Numbered from the stretch's first letter, positions 22,537-32,533 are shown. The stretch is DNA of 64,000 nt from Sedimentisphaerales bacterium (GCA_963663965.2 CAXXFK010000010.1:96001-160000), one strand, 5' to 3'. Notes: generated from the sequence alone by a model not told the origin. Numbers and translations are program-made.

Positions 22537-24543
22537 TTACTGACATATCGGGTACAAACCACAACTCAGCCAGTCCATCGAGAAGAGCGCGAAATCTTCC
22601 AGATTGACCCGGCAGTCGTTGTTCAAATCCCACTGACTGGCATAAGGATTCACACACACGCTCTTGCCCGTTACATCGTGGTACATTTGCACCACTTCGC
22701 GCTGGCTCAGATCGTAATTGAATATCTGGATGTCATCCAGCGCCCCCGGGAAGGTCACGCCTGCGGTATCGACCCGCGAAATACCGATCGCAATCGGCGC
22801 TGCCGGATCGCCGCCAAACTTCATGGCGCCGCTGGCTTGCGGCACGCCGTTAATATATATCGTGCCGTTGGTTCCGTCGGTCACCGCACAGACCTGCACC
22901 CATTCATCCGCGCCGAAGGTGCCGGGGCCGGCCCAGAGTTGGTTGGACGCGCTGAAGAACCGGGCATAATTGGTTCCACTGTGACTGCCGTCGCCGCTGC
23001 GTGCGATCAGGGCAAAATGATTGCTCGTACTGCTCCATTTGGTCACAATACCATGCGGAGTGCCCCAGGTCGCGCCATCCCACTTCACCCAGGCGCTGAT
23101 CGTCATCCGGCCGGTCAGGCTTGCCGGATCCCAGTCGCCCGCGCCGGCCCAACCGTTCGAATCATCAATAGTCACCGCATCACCTGCAATACCCGCACCA
23201 AAAGCCGGAGTGCCAGTTACGGTCGCGTTATGACCCTCGCCGCTCAAATCGACATACTGACCATCGACATAATCGGCCTGGTCGAAACTCCAGTGCGCCA
23301 CGGCCCGCTTAATCGCCAGCAAAGCCGGAGCGCTTAATACCGTGCCACCGTTATTCGTGACTTTGCAATAGTAATAACCTTCATCGCTCACCTGGGCGGC
23401 GGCGATATTCAATTCCGCGTCGGTACCTCTTAAGACATCATCTTGCGGGGTGTCAGTCGAATTATCGGTCGATTGATACCAGGAATAGCTCAGCGGCGAT
23501 GCCGACACGACCGAAAGAGTCATAGTAGATGATTCTCCGGCAAACACCAGTTGATCGGTCGATTGCCCTTCAATAACCGGTATGCTCTTCACCGTGTCAA
23601 ATTGGGTATAAGGACTCATAATATTATTCGGATCACCTGCCGGCAGCAAACCGTTTCCGGTGTCCAGGGCTTCTTCGACCGCCCAGAAATAACGGCCGTC
23701 CATATTCAGGGTGAGCGGTCCGAATGACAGGTCCGTCAGGAGCGGAGAACCGGCATCCACCTCACCTGTCAGATACAGGTTCGGATCGGTCGAAGTCGCC
23801 TGATCTTCGCTCAGATACACATAATATTTCCGAATGGCAGCCAGCGGAACACCCGGATTCTCAGCATCTTCACCCGGCTTCCATTGGAAATTGACTTCCA
23901 CTTTACCGTTGGTCACCGTTCCTACATGTTCATCTTCGTCGGCCGGGACCATCTCACGAGCGGCCTGTTTGTCGATGGCAAATAACCGGACATTCGTGGC
24001 ATACAAATGCCCCCAATCCCAGTCACGCATAATAATCCGCACGCCCAGTTTCAGCCCGACAAATTCGGGATTCGTATCCGTATCGATCTCCATCGAATAC
24101 GGTTTCCAGGCCGGATGATGATTCATCACCAAGTTTCCGGTAGTCACACCCGTTTGCCAGGCGTCACCGTCGATGGGTGAGATGTTCAGAGCCATCGCCC
24201 AGCTCCATTCCGATTTGCAATCGACAACCAGACGATAAATCGTATGGGCCTTTGCGATCACACCGGTATCCTGAGACACATTGTTTTCCGCCTGCCGGCC
24301 GATACGCGCCATCATCTGAGCGCCTGGATGATCGTCACCCCAGGCGGTATCCGCGATAATCCGGGTATCTCCCCCGGTTCCAGACCAAGCCAGGCAGTCA
24401 TCCAGCGTTCGCGCATTCAAGTCGGTTACGCCCGCGTTATTTAATTCGAAATTCGGATTCGTCATCAAGTTAGGACCGGCTGCCCACATCGGCGTAGCAC
24501 ACGCGACCAGCAACAGTAAAGCGATTGAAAAATATCGTTTCAT
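22537..24543 (-). CDS. Secreted protein: CBM-like N-domain, Ig-like, LamG and C-terminal dockerin-like motif
   Basis: Signal peptide; DEGYYYCKVTN Ig; VAHWSFD...GALDDIQIFNYDL LamG; WDLNNDCRVNLEDF. Confidence 0.85.
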   Translation of the reverse strand: MKRYFSIALLLLVACATPMWAAGPNLMTNPNFELNNAGVTDLNARTLDDCLAWSGTGGDTRIIADTAWGDDHPGAQMMARIGRQAENNVSQDTGVIAKAHTIYRLVVDCKSEWSWAMALNISPIDGDAWQTGVTTGNLVMNHHPAWKPYSMEIDTDTNPEFVGLKLGVRIIMRDWDWGHLYATNVRLFAIDKQAAREMVPADEDEHVGTVTNGKVEVNFQWKPGEDAENPGVPLAAIRKYYVYLSEDQATSTDPNLYLTGEVDAGSPLLTDLSFGPLTLNMDGRYFWAVEEALDTGNGLLPAGDPNNIMSPYTQFDTVKSIPVIEGQSTDQLVFAGESSTMTLSVVSASPLSYSWYQSTDNSTDTPQDDVLRGTDAELNIAAAQVSDEGYYYCKVTNNGGTVLSAPALLAIKRAVAHWSFDQADYVDGQYVDLSGEGHNATVTGTPAFGAGIAGDAVTIDDSNGWAGAGDWDPASLTGRMTISAWVKWDGATWGTPHGIVTKWSSTSNHFALIARSGDGSHSGTNYARFFSASNQLWAGPGTFGADEWVQVCAVTDGTNGTIYINGVPQASGAMKFGGDPAAPIAIGISRVDTAGVTFPGALDDIQIFNYDLSQREVVQMYHDVTGKSVCVNPYASQWDLNNDCRVNLEDFALFSMDWLSCGLYPICQ

Positions 24544-24627
24544 GGTATTATCCTTTCCTCGTAATGGTTATTTTTAAAGAGATTGCCGCCGTCGCCGGCA
24601 GCAATCCCGTCATTTTATCCTGAATGA

Positions 24628-26775
24628 CTATTCGCAAGCCGGCACCAGACCGCAACTCAGCCACGCATTGGCCAACTGGGCAAAATCGTTCAGATCGACT
24701 TTACAGTTGTGGTCCACATCGTAGGCCGACATATACGGCTTGATACAAACGCTTTCACCGGTCACATCGTAATACAACTGAGCGACACCTTCGGCATCCA
24801 GTGCGTAATTATAAATCCGCACTTCATCCAGAGCGCCCGGCAGCAGATAATCGGTGGGCGTGCCTTTGCCCAGCAGAATCTGGGCATCGACATTGGCGCC
24901 AAAATTCCACGTACCACTGGCGCTCAATACCCCGTTGCGGTAAATGCGGGCCTGACTGCCCTCCACCACCGCCACCAGATGACTCCAGCCGTCTAGCGTC
25001 ACCGCGTCCGGACCGGCCCACACATCGCCGCCGGTCCAACTGCTGAAACGCGCCCAGTTAGCGCCGGTATGAGAACCATCTCCCCCGCGAACATATAAGG
25101 CCCAGTCAAAACTGCTGTCTTCGCGTTTACTGACCACCCCCTGACCATCGCCGCTGGCGTCTTCATTGAGTTTTACCCAGGCGCTCACCGACATCTGATT
25201 GGTATAAGCGTTGGGACGCCACGAACCCGCGCGCGCCCAGGTCGCGTCTGTCATAGTAACCGCTTCGCCCTTGACACCGGGTACAAAGTTACCGGCCACC
25301 TGCGACGGGTTATTCGGATCGGCCGGATGCAATCCGGTCTCGTCCGCGTATTGACCATTGATAAAACGGCCCTCATCCAGGGTCCAGCAGGCCAGTTCCT
25401 GACGGACTCCCAACCGCACCGCGTTGGTATCAGTCGTGCCGCCCTCATTGCTGACCGCGCAGTAATAATAACCTTGATCGGCCACCGCCACGGCGGCAAA
25501 GTCCAGGGTTTCGTTCGTACTCACCTTTACATCATCTTCCGGAGTCGCGTTGCTGTAATCGGTCGAGCGATACCATTGGAAACTGGCGGTCGACGCGCTG
25601 GTGTAAGCAAAACTCAACGAAACCGAATCACCGGCATTGGCCAGCTCATCGGTCGGTTGACTGCTGATCACCGGTACGCTCTTCAATGTATCAAAATACC
25701 ACACCGGACCGGGCATGGTATTCGGATCGTTTGCGGCCGTACCGTCAATGCTCTCATCGACCCGCCAGTAATAGCGGCTATCCAGATCCAAATCTTCCGG
25801 ACCATAACTGGCCGTACTGTTCACCGGACTGCCCGCCTCGATTTCGATGGGAGTCGCCAACGCCAGGTTCGGCTCGTCCGTGGCAATATACAGATAATGT
25901 TTCGTCACCGATGCCAGCGGCACACCCGCATCGCTGGCGGTATCCCAACTGAATGTCACCGCGACCTGGGTTCCTTCCGGATTCAATTCGCCGACTCCCA
26001 TCGCGCCTTGTGCCGGTGACGGGTTCGAGGCCGGCACGATCGGCAGCGCCAGATTGGCCGCGCCCGGATCGATGGCGATATCGTCAATATAAATATTCTG
26101 GGCCGCAGTGCCGTTCATCTTCCCGGCCCAGGTATAAATCGTATCCAGACTGTCCGTCACTGCCAGCCGAAACGCCAGATTATCGCCAATCAAATCCGCT
26201 TCCGTGGCAGCGCTGCCCTCGGTCAGATAGACATCGTAGGTATCGGTCGCCTGGTCAATTACCAGCCACACACTGTACCAGGTATTCAAACTGAGGCCGT
26301 TCTTCAAGGTCAGCACCGATCCGCCACTGCGCCCACGCGCCATAAAACCGGCCCCATCGGTTGCGAATACAAAGCCGACAATCTCCTGGTTCATATTATT
26401 GGGATTGTCGTCATTCGTCAGGGCAAAGGTGTGTTTCAGCGTATTGTTCGCTTCGACCAAAAACCGGAAATATACCGTTCCGGTCTGACCCTCGGCAATC
26501 GCTTGATTCCCCAACGCTTTCTTAAATCCCCGGCTCTGCCAGATCGGGGAGTTCCAGCGCACCGCCATATTACCGTCCCCCATATCGACAATACGGGCGC
26601 TGGTTCCGGTCCAGAATCCGCTGTCCGCCCGGTTCAATCCAATCCAGCCGTTATAGTTATGGATCGACGCATTGTCGACGGCCATCTCCCAGTTCTCGAA
26701 TATTACCAGACCCGCCCAACCCGGCACGGTACACATTAATACAATAATTGCTCCAAATAATAATCTTCCTCTCAT
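24628..26775 (-). CDS. Secreted protein: beta-sandwich N-domain, Ig-like, LamG and dockerin-like motif (paralog of 22537-24543)
   Basis: DQGYYYCAVSN Ig; GALDEVRIYNYAL LamG; YDVDHNCKVDLNDF. Confidence 0.85.
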   Translation of the reverse strand: MRGRLLFGAIIVLMCTVPGWAGLVIFENWEMAVDNASIHNYNGWIGLNRADSGFWTGTSARIVDMGDGNMAVRWNSPIWQSRGFKKALGNQAIAEGQTGTVYFRFLVEANNTLKHTFALTNDDNPNNMNQEIVGFVFATDGAGFMARGRSGGSVLTLKNGLSLNTWYSVWLVIDQATDTYDVYLTEGSAATEADLIGDNLAFRLAVTDSLDTIYTWAGKMNGTAAQNIYIDDIAIDPGAANLALPIVPASNPSPAQGAMGVGELNPEGTQVAVTFSWDTASDAGVPLASVTKHYLYIATDEPNLALATPIEIEAGSPVNSTASYGPEDLDLDSRYYWRVDESIDGTAANDPNTMPGPVWYFDTLKSVPVISSQPTDELANAGDSVSLSFAYTSASTASFQWYRSTDYSNATPEDDVKVSTNETLDFAAVAVADQGYYYCAVSNEGGTTDTNAVRLGVRQELACWTLDEGRFINGQYADETGLHPADPNNPSQVAGNFVPGVKGEAVTMTDATWARAGSWRPNAYTNQMSVSAWVKLNEDASGDGQGVVSKREDSSFDWALYVRGGDGSHTGANWARFSSWTGGDVWAGPDAVTLDGWSHLVAVVEGSQARIYRNGVLSASGTWNFGANVDAQILLGKGTPTDYLLPGALDEVRIYNYALDAEGVAQLYYDVTGESVCIKPYMSAYDVDHNCKVDLNDFAQLANAWLSCGLVPACE

Positions 26776-26836
26776 GGCTCTTAGACCTCCACTAAAAGGG
26801 TTAATAAAGTAAGACCGGCTAAAGCGTTTAACCGGT

Positions 26837-28504
26837 TCATTTTCGGTTTTTAGCGATCAATTGAGGATCCACAAACAAACAATAATCATTACTATTAATA
26901 TTGCCCCCATCGGTCAGGGCTAACGACAGAAAACGATCACCCGCCTCTATGGGAACTTTGATCTCGAATTCACCCGACTCGGGCGTGACTTTCATCTTCT
27001 GAAAACGCGGCTGCCCATCCACCAATACCCAGAAGTCGGCACACGCATCCGTAGAATGCTTCACCGCTTCATTAATCAATCCCGTCGCCCGGAACTGTTC
27101 AAACGCCACACTCCCCAGGTTATCGCCGATCGCTTTCAGATCGAAAGTCACACCCAGACTTGGCAGAAAATGCAGCGCCCGCGGCACTCCAACAGACAGG
27201 TCTTCACCCCGATAAATCGGCGCCATTTTCAACAGGCGTCCATTGCTGATTCCAAATATTGCGTCACCCCGACTATGGGGTATATTCTTAAAGACATCTC
27301 CTTTTGAACTCACACGAATACTGTTGCCGCTGCGAAGATTGCACGAAAAAAAGTAATCGATCATCGGATGGCATTTCACCGCCCGGTAGTATTCATAATC
27401 GTCATAGCGCTGCCGCTGCGGTATCTCGTCAACCGGCACAATCGAACTGCCATTGATATCCAGAACCCTATTGGCCCGCCCGGTCCCCAAACCATTTCCT
27501 CCACCGATTATATCGGCCAGTTGCACAGGTTCGCCCCGCCACAGACTCTTGCCGTCCAGGGTCAAACGCCGCACAAAATCTTCAGTCCGGCAGGGTATGC
27601 TGCGAAATTCGCCGGTCGCTTTATCCACTTGCCCCGCCTGTCCTCCCGTCAGAATCTGGTTGGCCTGGGCCGATCCGCGCGGCCCCGATACCACCGAGGC
27701 CTTGCCCAGCAGCATATGCACTTCCGAACTCCCGTCCGGCCAGACATTCACTCCAAACTCGGTTCCCAGATCGATCACGCTCGAACTGGGGGTGTGAACC
27801 GTAAAACCGATCCCACGCTCATGCACGAAGGTACAAACCCGGCCGTGCTGCAAGAACAGATTATCCCGCCCCAGCACTCGAAACTCCGCCGGCGCCTGTA
27901 CGACCACATCCGCCCCGTCGTGAAAACCGATCGTGGCATACCCCTTTTCCAGCACATAACGGCCCGGATACAATTTCTCCCCGGTTTGCGGCATAATGCC
28001 AGACTGCCCCCACTGGGTGTTCATTTCTTTGGTTAAGTTCGCCACCGACACCACCGGCTCAATCTGGGCGGAGCGCATGATCAACCGATCCAGCATAATC
28101 ACCGAAGCACACATCACCAGTATCGCCGCCGAACGGATAACGATTTGCCTGAAACTCGGACCATGATATTCCCGTGGCGCCATTAACCGTTGGGCCGGGT
28201 GTATGCCATCTACCTCCCTCGTTTCTGCCATTGCCCGCCGAATCGCCGAATCGAATAAATCCTGCTCCACCTTCTCCCGAAAACCATCAACATCTTCATT
28301 CAGATAATCGTCAATCGCAGTGGCATGCTGACGCATCCAGACCGTGATATCGAGAAATTCCGAATAATAACGCCGCGCCTCATCGTCCCGCATCAAACGG
28401 GCATGCAACGCTTCGCGCTGCATGGTCGATAACTGACCTTCCAACATCAAATTGATCAGTTCGCCCAGGGTGGTTTCCGGTTGTCCTGCGTGGTCAGTCA
28501 TCAT
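26837..28504 (-). CDS. FecR-like transmembrane anti-sigma factor with C-terminal NPCBM-like domain
   Basis: Single TM; GFTVHTPSSSVIDLGTEFGV FecR motif; RFLSLALTDGGN..DYCLFVDPQL. Confidence 0.88.
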   Translation of the reverse strand: MMTDHAGQPETTLGELINLMLEGQLSTMQREALHARLMRDDEARRYYSEFLDITVWMRQHATAIDDYLNEDVDGFREKVEQDLFDSAIRRAMAETREVDGIHPAQRLMAPREYHGPSFRQIVIRSAAILVMCASVIMLDRLIMRSAQIEPVVSVANLTKEMNTQWGQSGIMPQTGEKLYPGRYVLEKGYATIGFHDGADVVVQAPAEFRVLGRDNLFLQHGRVCTFVHERGIGFTVHTPSSSVIDLGTEFGVNVWPDGSSEVHMLLGKASVVSGPRGSAQANQILTGGQAGQVDKATGEFRSIPCRTEDFVRRLTLDGKSLWRGEPVQLADIIGGGNGLGTGRANRVLDINGSSIVPVDEIPQRQRYDDYEYYRAVKCHPMIDYFFSCNLRSGNSIRVSSKGDVFKNIPHSRGDAIFGISNGRLLKMAPIYRGEDLSVGVPRALHFLPSLGVTFDLKAIGDNLGSVAFEQFRATGLINEAVKHSTDACADFWVLVDGQPRFQKMKVTPESGEFEIKVPIEAGDRFLSLALTDGGNINSNDYCLFVDPQLIAKNRK

Positions 28505-28507
28505 CTC

Positions 28508-29113
28508 TTACTCAAGTCCCTCCTCTGCCAGTTTCCGGCGGATGCAATGCAGCAGACCATCCTGAATCCGTGCCACCGCCTTATATAAGGTAAACAACTT
28601 CATCCCCACCCGTTCGGACAAGCGCTTCACCGTCATGCCCGGTTGATAGCGCATCATAATCAAACGACGCTGCCGGTCCGGGAGTTTCCGGATACAGGCT
28701 TCCAATGCCATCATTCTCGCATCCGACGTCGACTCTCTTTCTTGCGCTTCAAGTTCTACCAATCGCAGCAATTCGTCATTGAAGACTACGGTATTCCCCC
28801 GTTGACTCTGTTTCTTGCGATAATTCAATATCTGATACCGCGCGATCTGGATTCCCCATGCCACAAAATCCGTTCCCGTCTCAAAATCGCCAAATTTTTT
28901 CCACATCACGCGGGTCGTTTCCTGAAACAAATCGTCCGCATCGTTCCACAACGGTACCAGTTTGATAATATATCTGAAAATTCGCGACTGATTCGCCATC
29001 AGTAATTGAAAAAAGCGATCTGCCGCCTGCGAGTCTTGTATAGAGAAATTATTTCCGGTCTTCTCTTCCATCGTATTAGATTCATCAGATTGTGGTTTGC
29101 CAATCATTTGCAA
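28508..29113 (-). CDS. ECF sigma-70 factor (Rhodopirellula/Verrucomicrobium type)
   Basis: DADDLFQET..WKKF..FETGTDFVAW..IARYQILNYRKK; directly upstream of the FecR-like gene; true start may be 29107 or 29071. Confidence 0.92.
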   Translation of the reverse strand: MQMIGKPQSDESNTMEEKTGNNFSIQDSQAADRFFQLLMANQSRIFRYIIKLVPLWNDADDLFQETTRVMWKKFGDFETGTDFVAWGIQIARYQILNYRKKQSQRGNTVVFNDELLRLVELEAQERESTSDARMMALEACIRKLPDRQRRLIMMRYQPGMTVKRLSERVGMKLFTLYKAVARIQDGLLHCIRRKLAEEGLE

Positions 29114-29267
29114 GTGACTTAATATTTCTTACCCAATACTTCTTACCCACTGAAATTTTGGACAGGATATTTCAAATAATTTTCCACAATACCCTCCATC
29201 CATCATTCTCTACTTTAACTGTCTATTTACCAATTGGTTACAAAATACTGCTTTTTTATATTTTTTC

Positions 29268-29303
29268 TTGCATTCTACTCATCATTTGGTTATTTTACCA
29301 AAT
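29268..29303 (+). promoter_or_regulatory. Promoter with overlapping palindromic ArsR/SmtB-type operator
   Basis: TTGCAT-17-TATTTT overlapped by ATTTGGT-N6-ACCAAAT just upstream of arsR. Confidence 0.6.
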
Positions 29304-29324
29304 ATACAATTATATGGAGAAAAT

Positions 29325-29648
29325 ATGCACAACGATGATATGGCCCTTATCGAAGCAAAAGCGAAAATCCTCAAAGCCCTCGGCCACCCCACCCGGCTCT
29401 GGATGGTTGAACAACTGGCTGATTCCGAAAAATGTGTCTGCGAATTCACCAACCGAATTGATGTCGATTTTTCGACGGTTTCCAAACACCTGACCGTTCT
29501 GAAACAGGCCGGGATTGTCGAAGATCGTAAACAGGGCAAACAGGTCTTCTACCGCCTGAAAGTGCCCTGTGTACTGAAATTTATGGATTGCGTCGAACTC
29601 GTTCTGCGTAAACAGATCGAATCGCAAGCGGCCCTGTTAGAACGCTAA
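29325..29648 (+). CDS. arsR: ArsR/SmtB family metalloregulator
   Basis: LKALGHPTRL..EKCVCE..STVSKHLTVLKQAGIV..KQVFYRL; GGAG RBS before ATG 29325. Confidence 0.9.
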   Translation: MHNDDMALIEAKAKILKALGHPTRLWMVEQLADSEKCVCEFTNRIDVDFSTVSKHLTVLKQAGIVEDRKQGKQVFYRLKVPCVLKFMDCVELVLRKQIESQAALLER

Positions 29649-29664
29649 TGATAAAGAATAAATT

Positions 29665-31002
29665 ATGAATAACTGGAAACAAGAATGGAAACCCCTGGCC
29701 CTGATCGCCATCGTTTTCCTCATCTGCTTTTTTATGCCCATTGGCATCCCCCGGTTCGATAATGCCCTGGCTGAAGCCCTCCACTTAGTCAAATGGTACG
29801 CGCGCGAACATGTGCTGCTTTGCCTGGTCCCCGCCTTTTTCATTGCCGGCGCCATCGCTGTTTTCGTCAGCCAGGCGTCCGTTATGAAATACCTCGGCGC
29901 CCAGGCCAATAAAGTGCTGGCCTATGGCGTTGCGGCCATCTCCGGCACCATCCTGGCAGTCTGTTCCTGCACCGTATTACCCCTCTTTGCCGGGATTTAT
30001 CGTATGGGCGCAGGTCTCGGACCCGCCACTGCCTTTCTTTATTCAGGACCCGCGATCAATGTCCTGGCCATTATCCTCACCGCCCGCATTCTCGGCCTGC
30101 AACTGGGCATTGCCCGCGCCATCGGAGCCGTCTGTTTCAGTGTGATCATCGGCCTGCTTATGCAAATTATCTTCCGCAAAGAAGAGGCACAGAAAGCCGC
30201 CGTGCAGCCCGTCATGCCCGACATCGAACCCAAACGCGCCCTCTGGCAAAACGCCCTCTACTTTGCCTGTATGGTCGGCATCCTCGTTTTTGCCAACTGG
30301 GCCCGCAGCGGCGACAGCCGCGCGATTTTTCTTTGCTGCCCCGGCGGTTTGCAAACCTTTTCCATCGAAGGCGCCGTCGCCGAAGAAACGCCCGAACATC
30401 TGCGTATCGTCGATCGTGCCGGCGCCGAACACACCATCGACCGCGAACTCGTCCAGGATGTCGAACAGATCGACAGCAACTCTGTTTTCAATCGTATTCA
30501 CCAGATCCGCTGGGGTCTCACCCTGAGTTTACTGATTGTCTTTCTGGTCATCCTTAAATTCTGGTTTGATCGACACGAACTATCCGAGTGGATCGATTCC
30601 TCCTGGAGCTACGCAAAACTAATCCTGCCGCTGCTGCTCTTTGGCGTACTGATTGCCGGGTTTTTACTCGGTCGACCCGGCCACGAAGGCATCATTCCAT
30701 CCATCTGGGTTGAAAAGGCCCTGGGTGGCAATTCCCTCCGGGCCAACCTCTTCGCCTCTGTCGCCGGCGCGTTCATGTACTTCGCCACCCTGACCGAAGT
30801 TCCCATTGTTCAGGGACTCATGACCGCCGGCATGGGCAAAGGTCCTGCCCTGGCGCTCCTGCTTTCGGGCCCGGCGCTCAGCCTGCCCAATATGCTCGTC
30901 ATCCGCGGCGTCCTGGGCACAAAAAAAACCATCGTCTTTGTCTGTCTCGTTATCGTCATGGCCGCCATCAGCGGCCTGATTTACGGAGCCATCTTCAGCT
31001 GA
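29665..31002 (+). CDS. ArsP/DUF318 family permease
   Basis: REHVLLCLVPAFFIAG, AVCSCTVLPLF, MYFATLTEVPI, GPALSLPNM. Confidence 0.9.
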   Translation: MNNWKQEWKPLALIAIVFLICFFMPIGIPRFDNALAEALHLVKWYAREHVLLCLVPAFFIAGAIAVFVSQASVMKYLGAQANKVLAYGVAAISGTILAVCSCTVLPLFAGIYRMGAGLGPATAFLYSGPAINVLAIILTARILGLQLGIARAIGAVCFSVIIGLLMQIIFRKEEAQKAAVQPVMPDIEPKRALWQNALYFACMVGILVFANWARSGDSRAIFLCCPGGLQTFSIEGAVAEETPEHLRIVDRAGAEHTIDRELVQDVEQIDSNSVFNRIHQIRWGLTLSLLIVFLVILKFWFDRHELSEWIDSSWSYAKLILPLLLFGVLIAGFLLGRPGHEGIIPSIWVEKALGGNSLRANLFASVAGAFMYFATLTEVPIVQGLMTAGMGKGPALALLLSGPALSLPNMLVIRGVLGTKKTIVFVCLVIVMAAISGLIYGAIFS

Positions 31003-31028
31003 TCAGTTTGTTCTTTGACAACTTAATA

Positions 31029-31388
31029 TTATCCCGGATGCCCTTGCAGCATGGAATTTTCAATATAAGCATCCAGAAAATCATCTTGAACTTCAACCAT
31101 CTCACCATTTTCTTGATAACAGGATTCCAATCCGGAAACCAGGGTTTGATACCCGGATCGCAGTGATTCCGGGATCTCTTCCAAATCGACCAGCCGTAAA
31201 AGTAACAGATGCGTGGGCAGTTTCAGTTTGTCTCCGATCATCTCAAAATGTTTCAACGAAAACTGTCGCTCACCCGACATGACTTTACTGACATACGATT
31301 CAGAAATTTCCATCAGTTCCGCCACCTGCTTTTGACTGCGGCCCTGGGTTTGCAGAAACCGAACTAACTTGACAGATGTATTTTCCAT
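31029..31388 (-). CDS. XRE-family helix-turn-helix protein
   Basis: SQKQVAELMEISESYVSKVMSGERQFS HTH. Confidence 0.8.
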   Translation of the reverse strand: MENTSVKLVRFLQTQGRSQKQVAELMEISESYVSKVMSGERQFSLKHFEMIGDKLKLPTHLLLLRLVDLEEIPESLRSGYQTLVSGLESCYQENGEMVEVQDDFLDAYIENSMLQGHPG

Positions 31389-31411
31389 AAGAGATTTCCC
31401 CTCTTAATGCA

Positions 31412-31666
31412 TTATTGATGATAATATAATTCCAGTACTATTTGAGTCAAACACGCTAATTGTCTTTTGGCGATTTCTTTTTTCTGCTCCATAATGGCAT
31501 CATAAACCTGGACAAGAACCATATCGAATTTCTTCACTAAAATATATTCCCGTATACTGAAATTACGGTCATCCTGAATTCTATTTTTGAAATCACAAAT
31601 CCAACTGACAAATTCAGATAGTTCTTTTTTTCTGGTTTTCCAGTATTCGGTTTTATCCATGACCAC
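31412..31666 (-). CDS. Hypothetical protein (AT-rich), co-transcribed with the XRE gene
   Basis: 84-aa ORF with GCAGG/GGAA upstream and a good sigma70 promoter. Confidence 0.55.
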   Translation of the reverse strand: MVMDKTEYWKTRKKELSEFVSWICDFKNRIQDDRNFSIREYILVKKFDMVLVQVYDAIMEQKKEIAKRQLACLTQIVLELYYHQ

Positions 31667-31738
31667 ATTTCCACCTGCATTAAAACCAATAAACTAAAAC
31701 AGAGTTATTATGTCGCTTCCAAATTCTAACTAATAGAT

Positions 31739-31780
31739 ATGATAACACAAAATTGACTATTTGTCAACTTTCTCTATACC
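31739..31780. promoter_or_regulatory. Overlapping divergent sigma70-like promoters around a TTGAC-N5-GTCAA palindrome
   Basis: Minus: TTGACA-17-TATCAT; plus: TTGACT-16-TATACC. Confidence 0.6.
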
Positions 31781-31851
31781 TTAACCCCAACTAATTGCCC
31801 TGATCAATATAATTCATTTTATAATAATAAATTACAATAACGGAGATTATT

Positions 31852-32085
31852 ATGAAAATACAAATCCTCGGTACCGGATGTCCCAAATGCAACCAGCTGG
31901 CCCAGGCTGCCGAAAGCGCCGCCCGTGAACTGGGTCTGGAATATGAACTGGTCAAAATAAAAGATCTGAATGACATTATGGCCATGGGCGTCATGATGAC
32001 GCCGGCCCTGGCCATCGACGGTACCGTTAAAACCGTCGGCAAAGTCCCATCAATTGACGAACTGAAAACGATCCTGAAACAATAA
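31852..32085 (+). CDS. Small redox-active disulfide protein (MTH895-like thioredoxin)
   Basis: MKIQILGTGCPKC...GVMMTPALAIDG. Confidence 0.92.
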   Translation: MKIQILGTGCPKCNQLAQAAESAARELGLEYELVKIKDLNDIMAMGVMMTPALAIDGTVKTVGKVPSIDELKTILKQ

Positions 32086-32131
32086 ACTTGAATAAATCAC
32101 ACTAACCTCTGGAATTTTTAAGGAGCCTATC

Positions 32132-32518
32132 ATGAGTACACCAGAATCCAATAGTTACGGATGTTCCTGCAGCGGCGGTCCCAAACTGATTTTTGCCTGT
32201 AGTGGCGCCGCTGACGTCGGAGCGTTATCCGATCAGGCCGCTCGCAAACTCACCCGTGTCGGAATCGGAAAAATGTTCTGCCTCGCCGGCATTGGCGGTC
32301 GCGTCGACGGCATTCTGAAAACTACCCAGGCTGCCTCCGCCATCCTCGCCATTGATGGCTGCCCACTCAACTGTACCAAAAAGTCGCTCGAAGAGGCAGG
32401 TTTCACTCAATTCCAGCATCTGCAACTGGCTGACCTCGGCTTTGAAAAAGGTAAGACCACAGTGAATGATGAAAGTATCGATACCGTATGCGCCCAAGCC
32501 AGTCAAATGATCGGCTGA
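32132..32518 (+). CDS. DGC-domain putative zinc-binding protein
   Basis: FACSGAADVG, MFCLAGIGG, AIDGCPLNC. Confidence 0.9.
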   Translation: MSTPESNSYGCSCSGGPKLIFACSGAADVGALSDQAARKLTRVGIGKMFCLAGIGGRVDGILKTTQAASAILAIDGCPLNCTKKSLEEAGFTQFQHLQLADLGFEKGKTTVNDESIDTVCAQASQMIG

Positions 32519-32533
32519 AAAAGGAGCCATATC

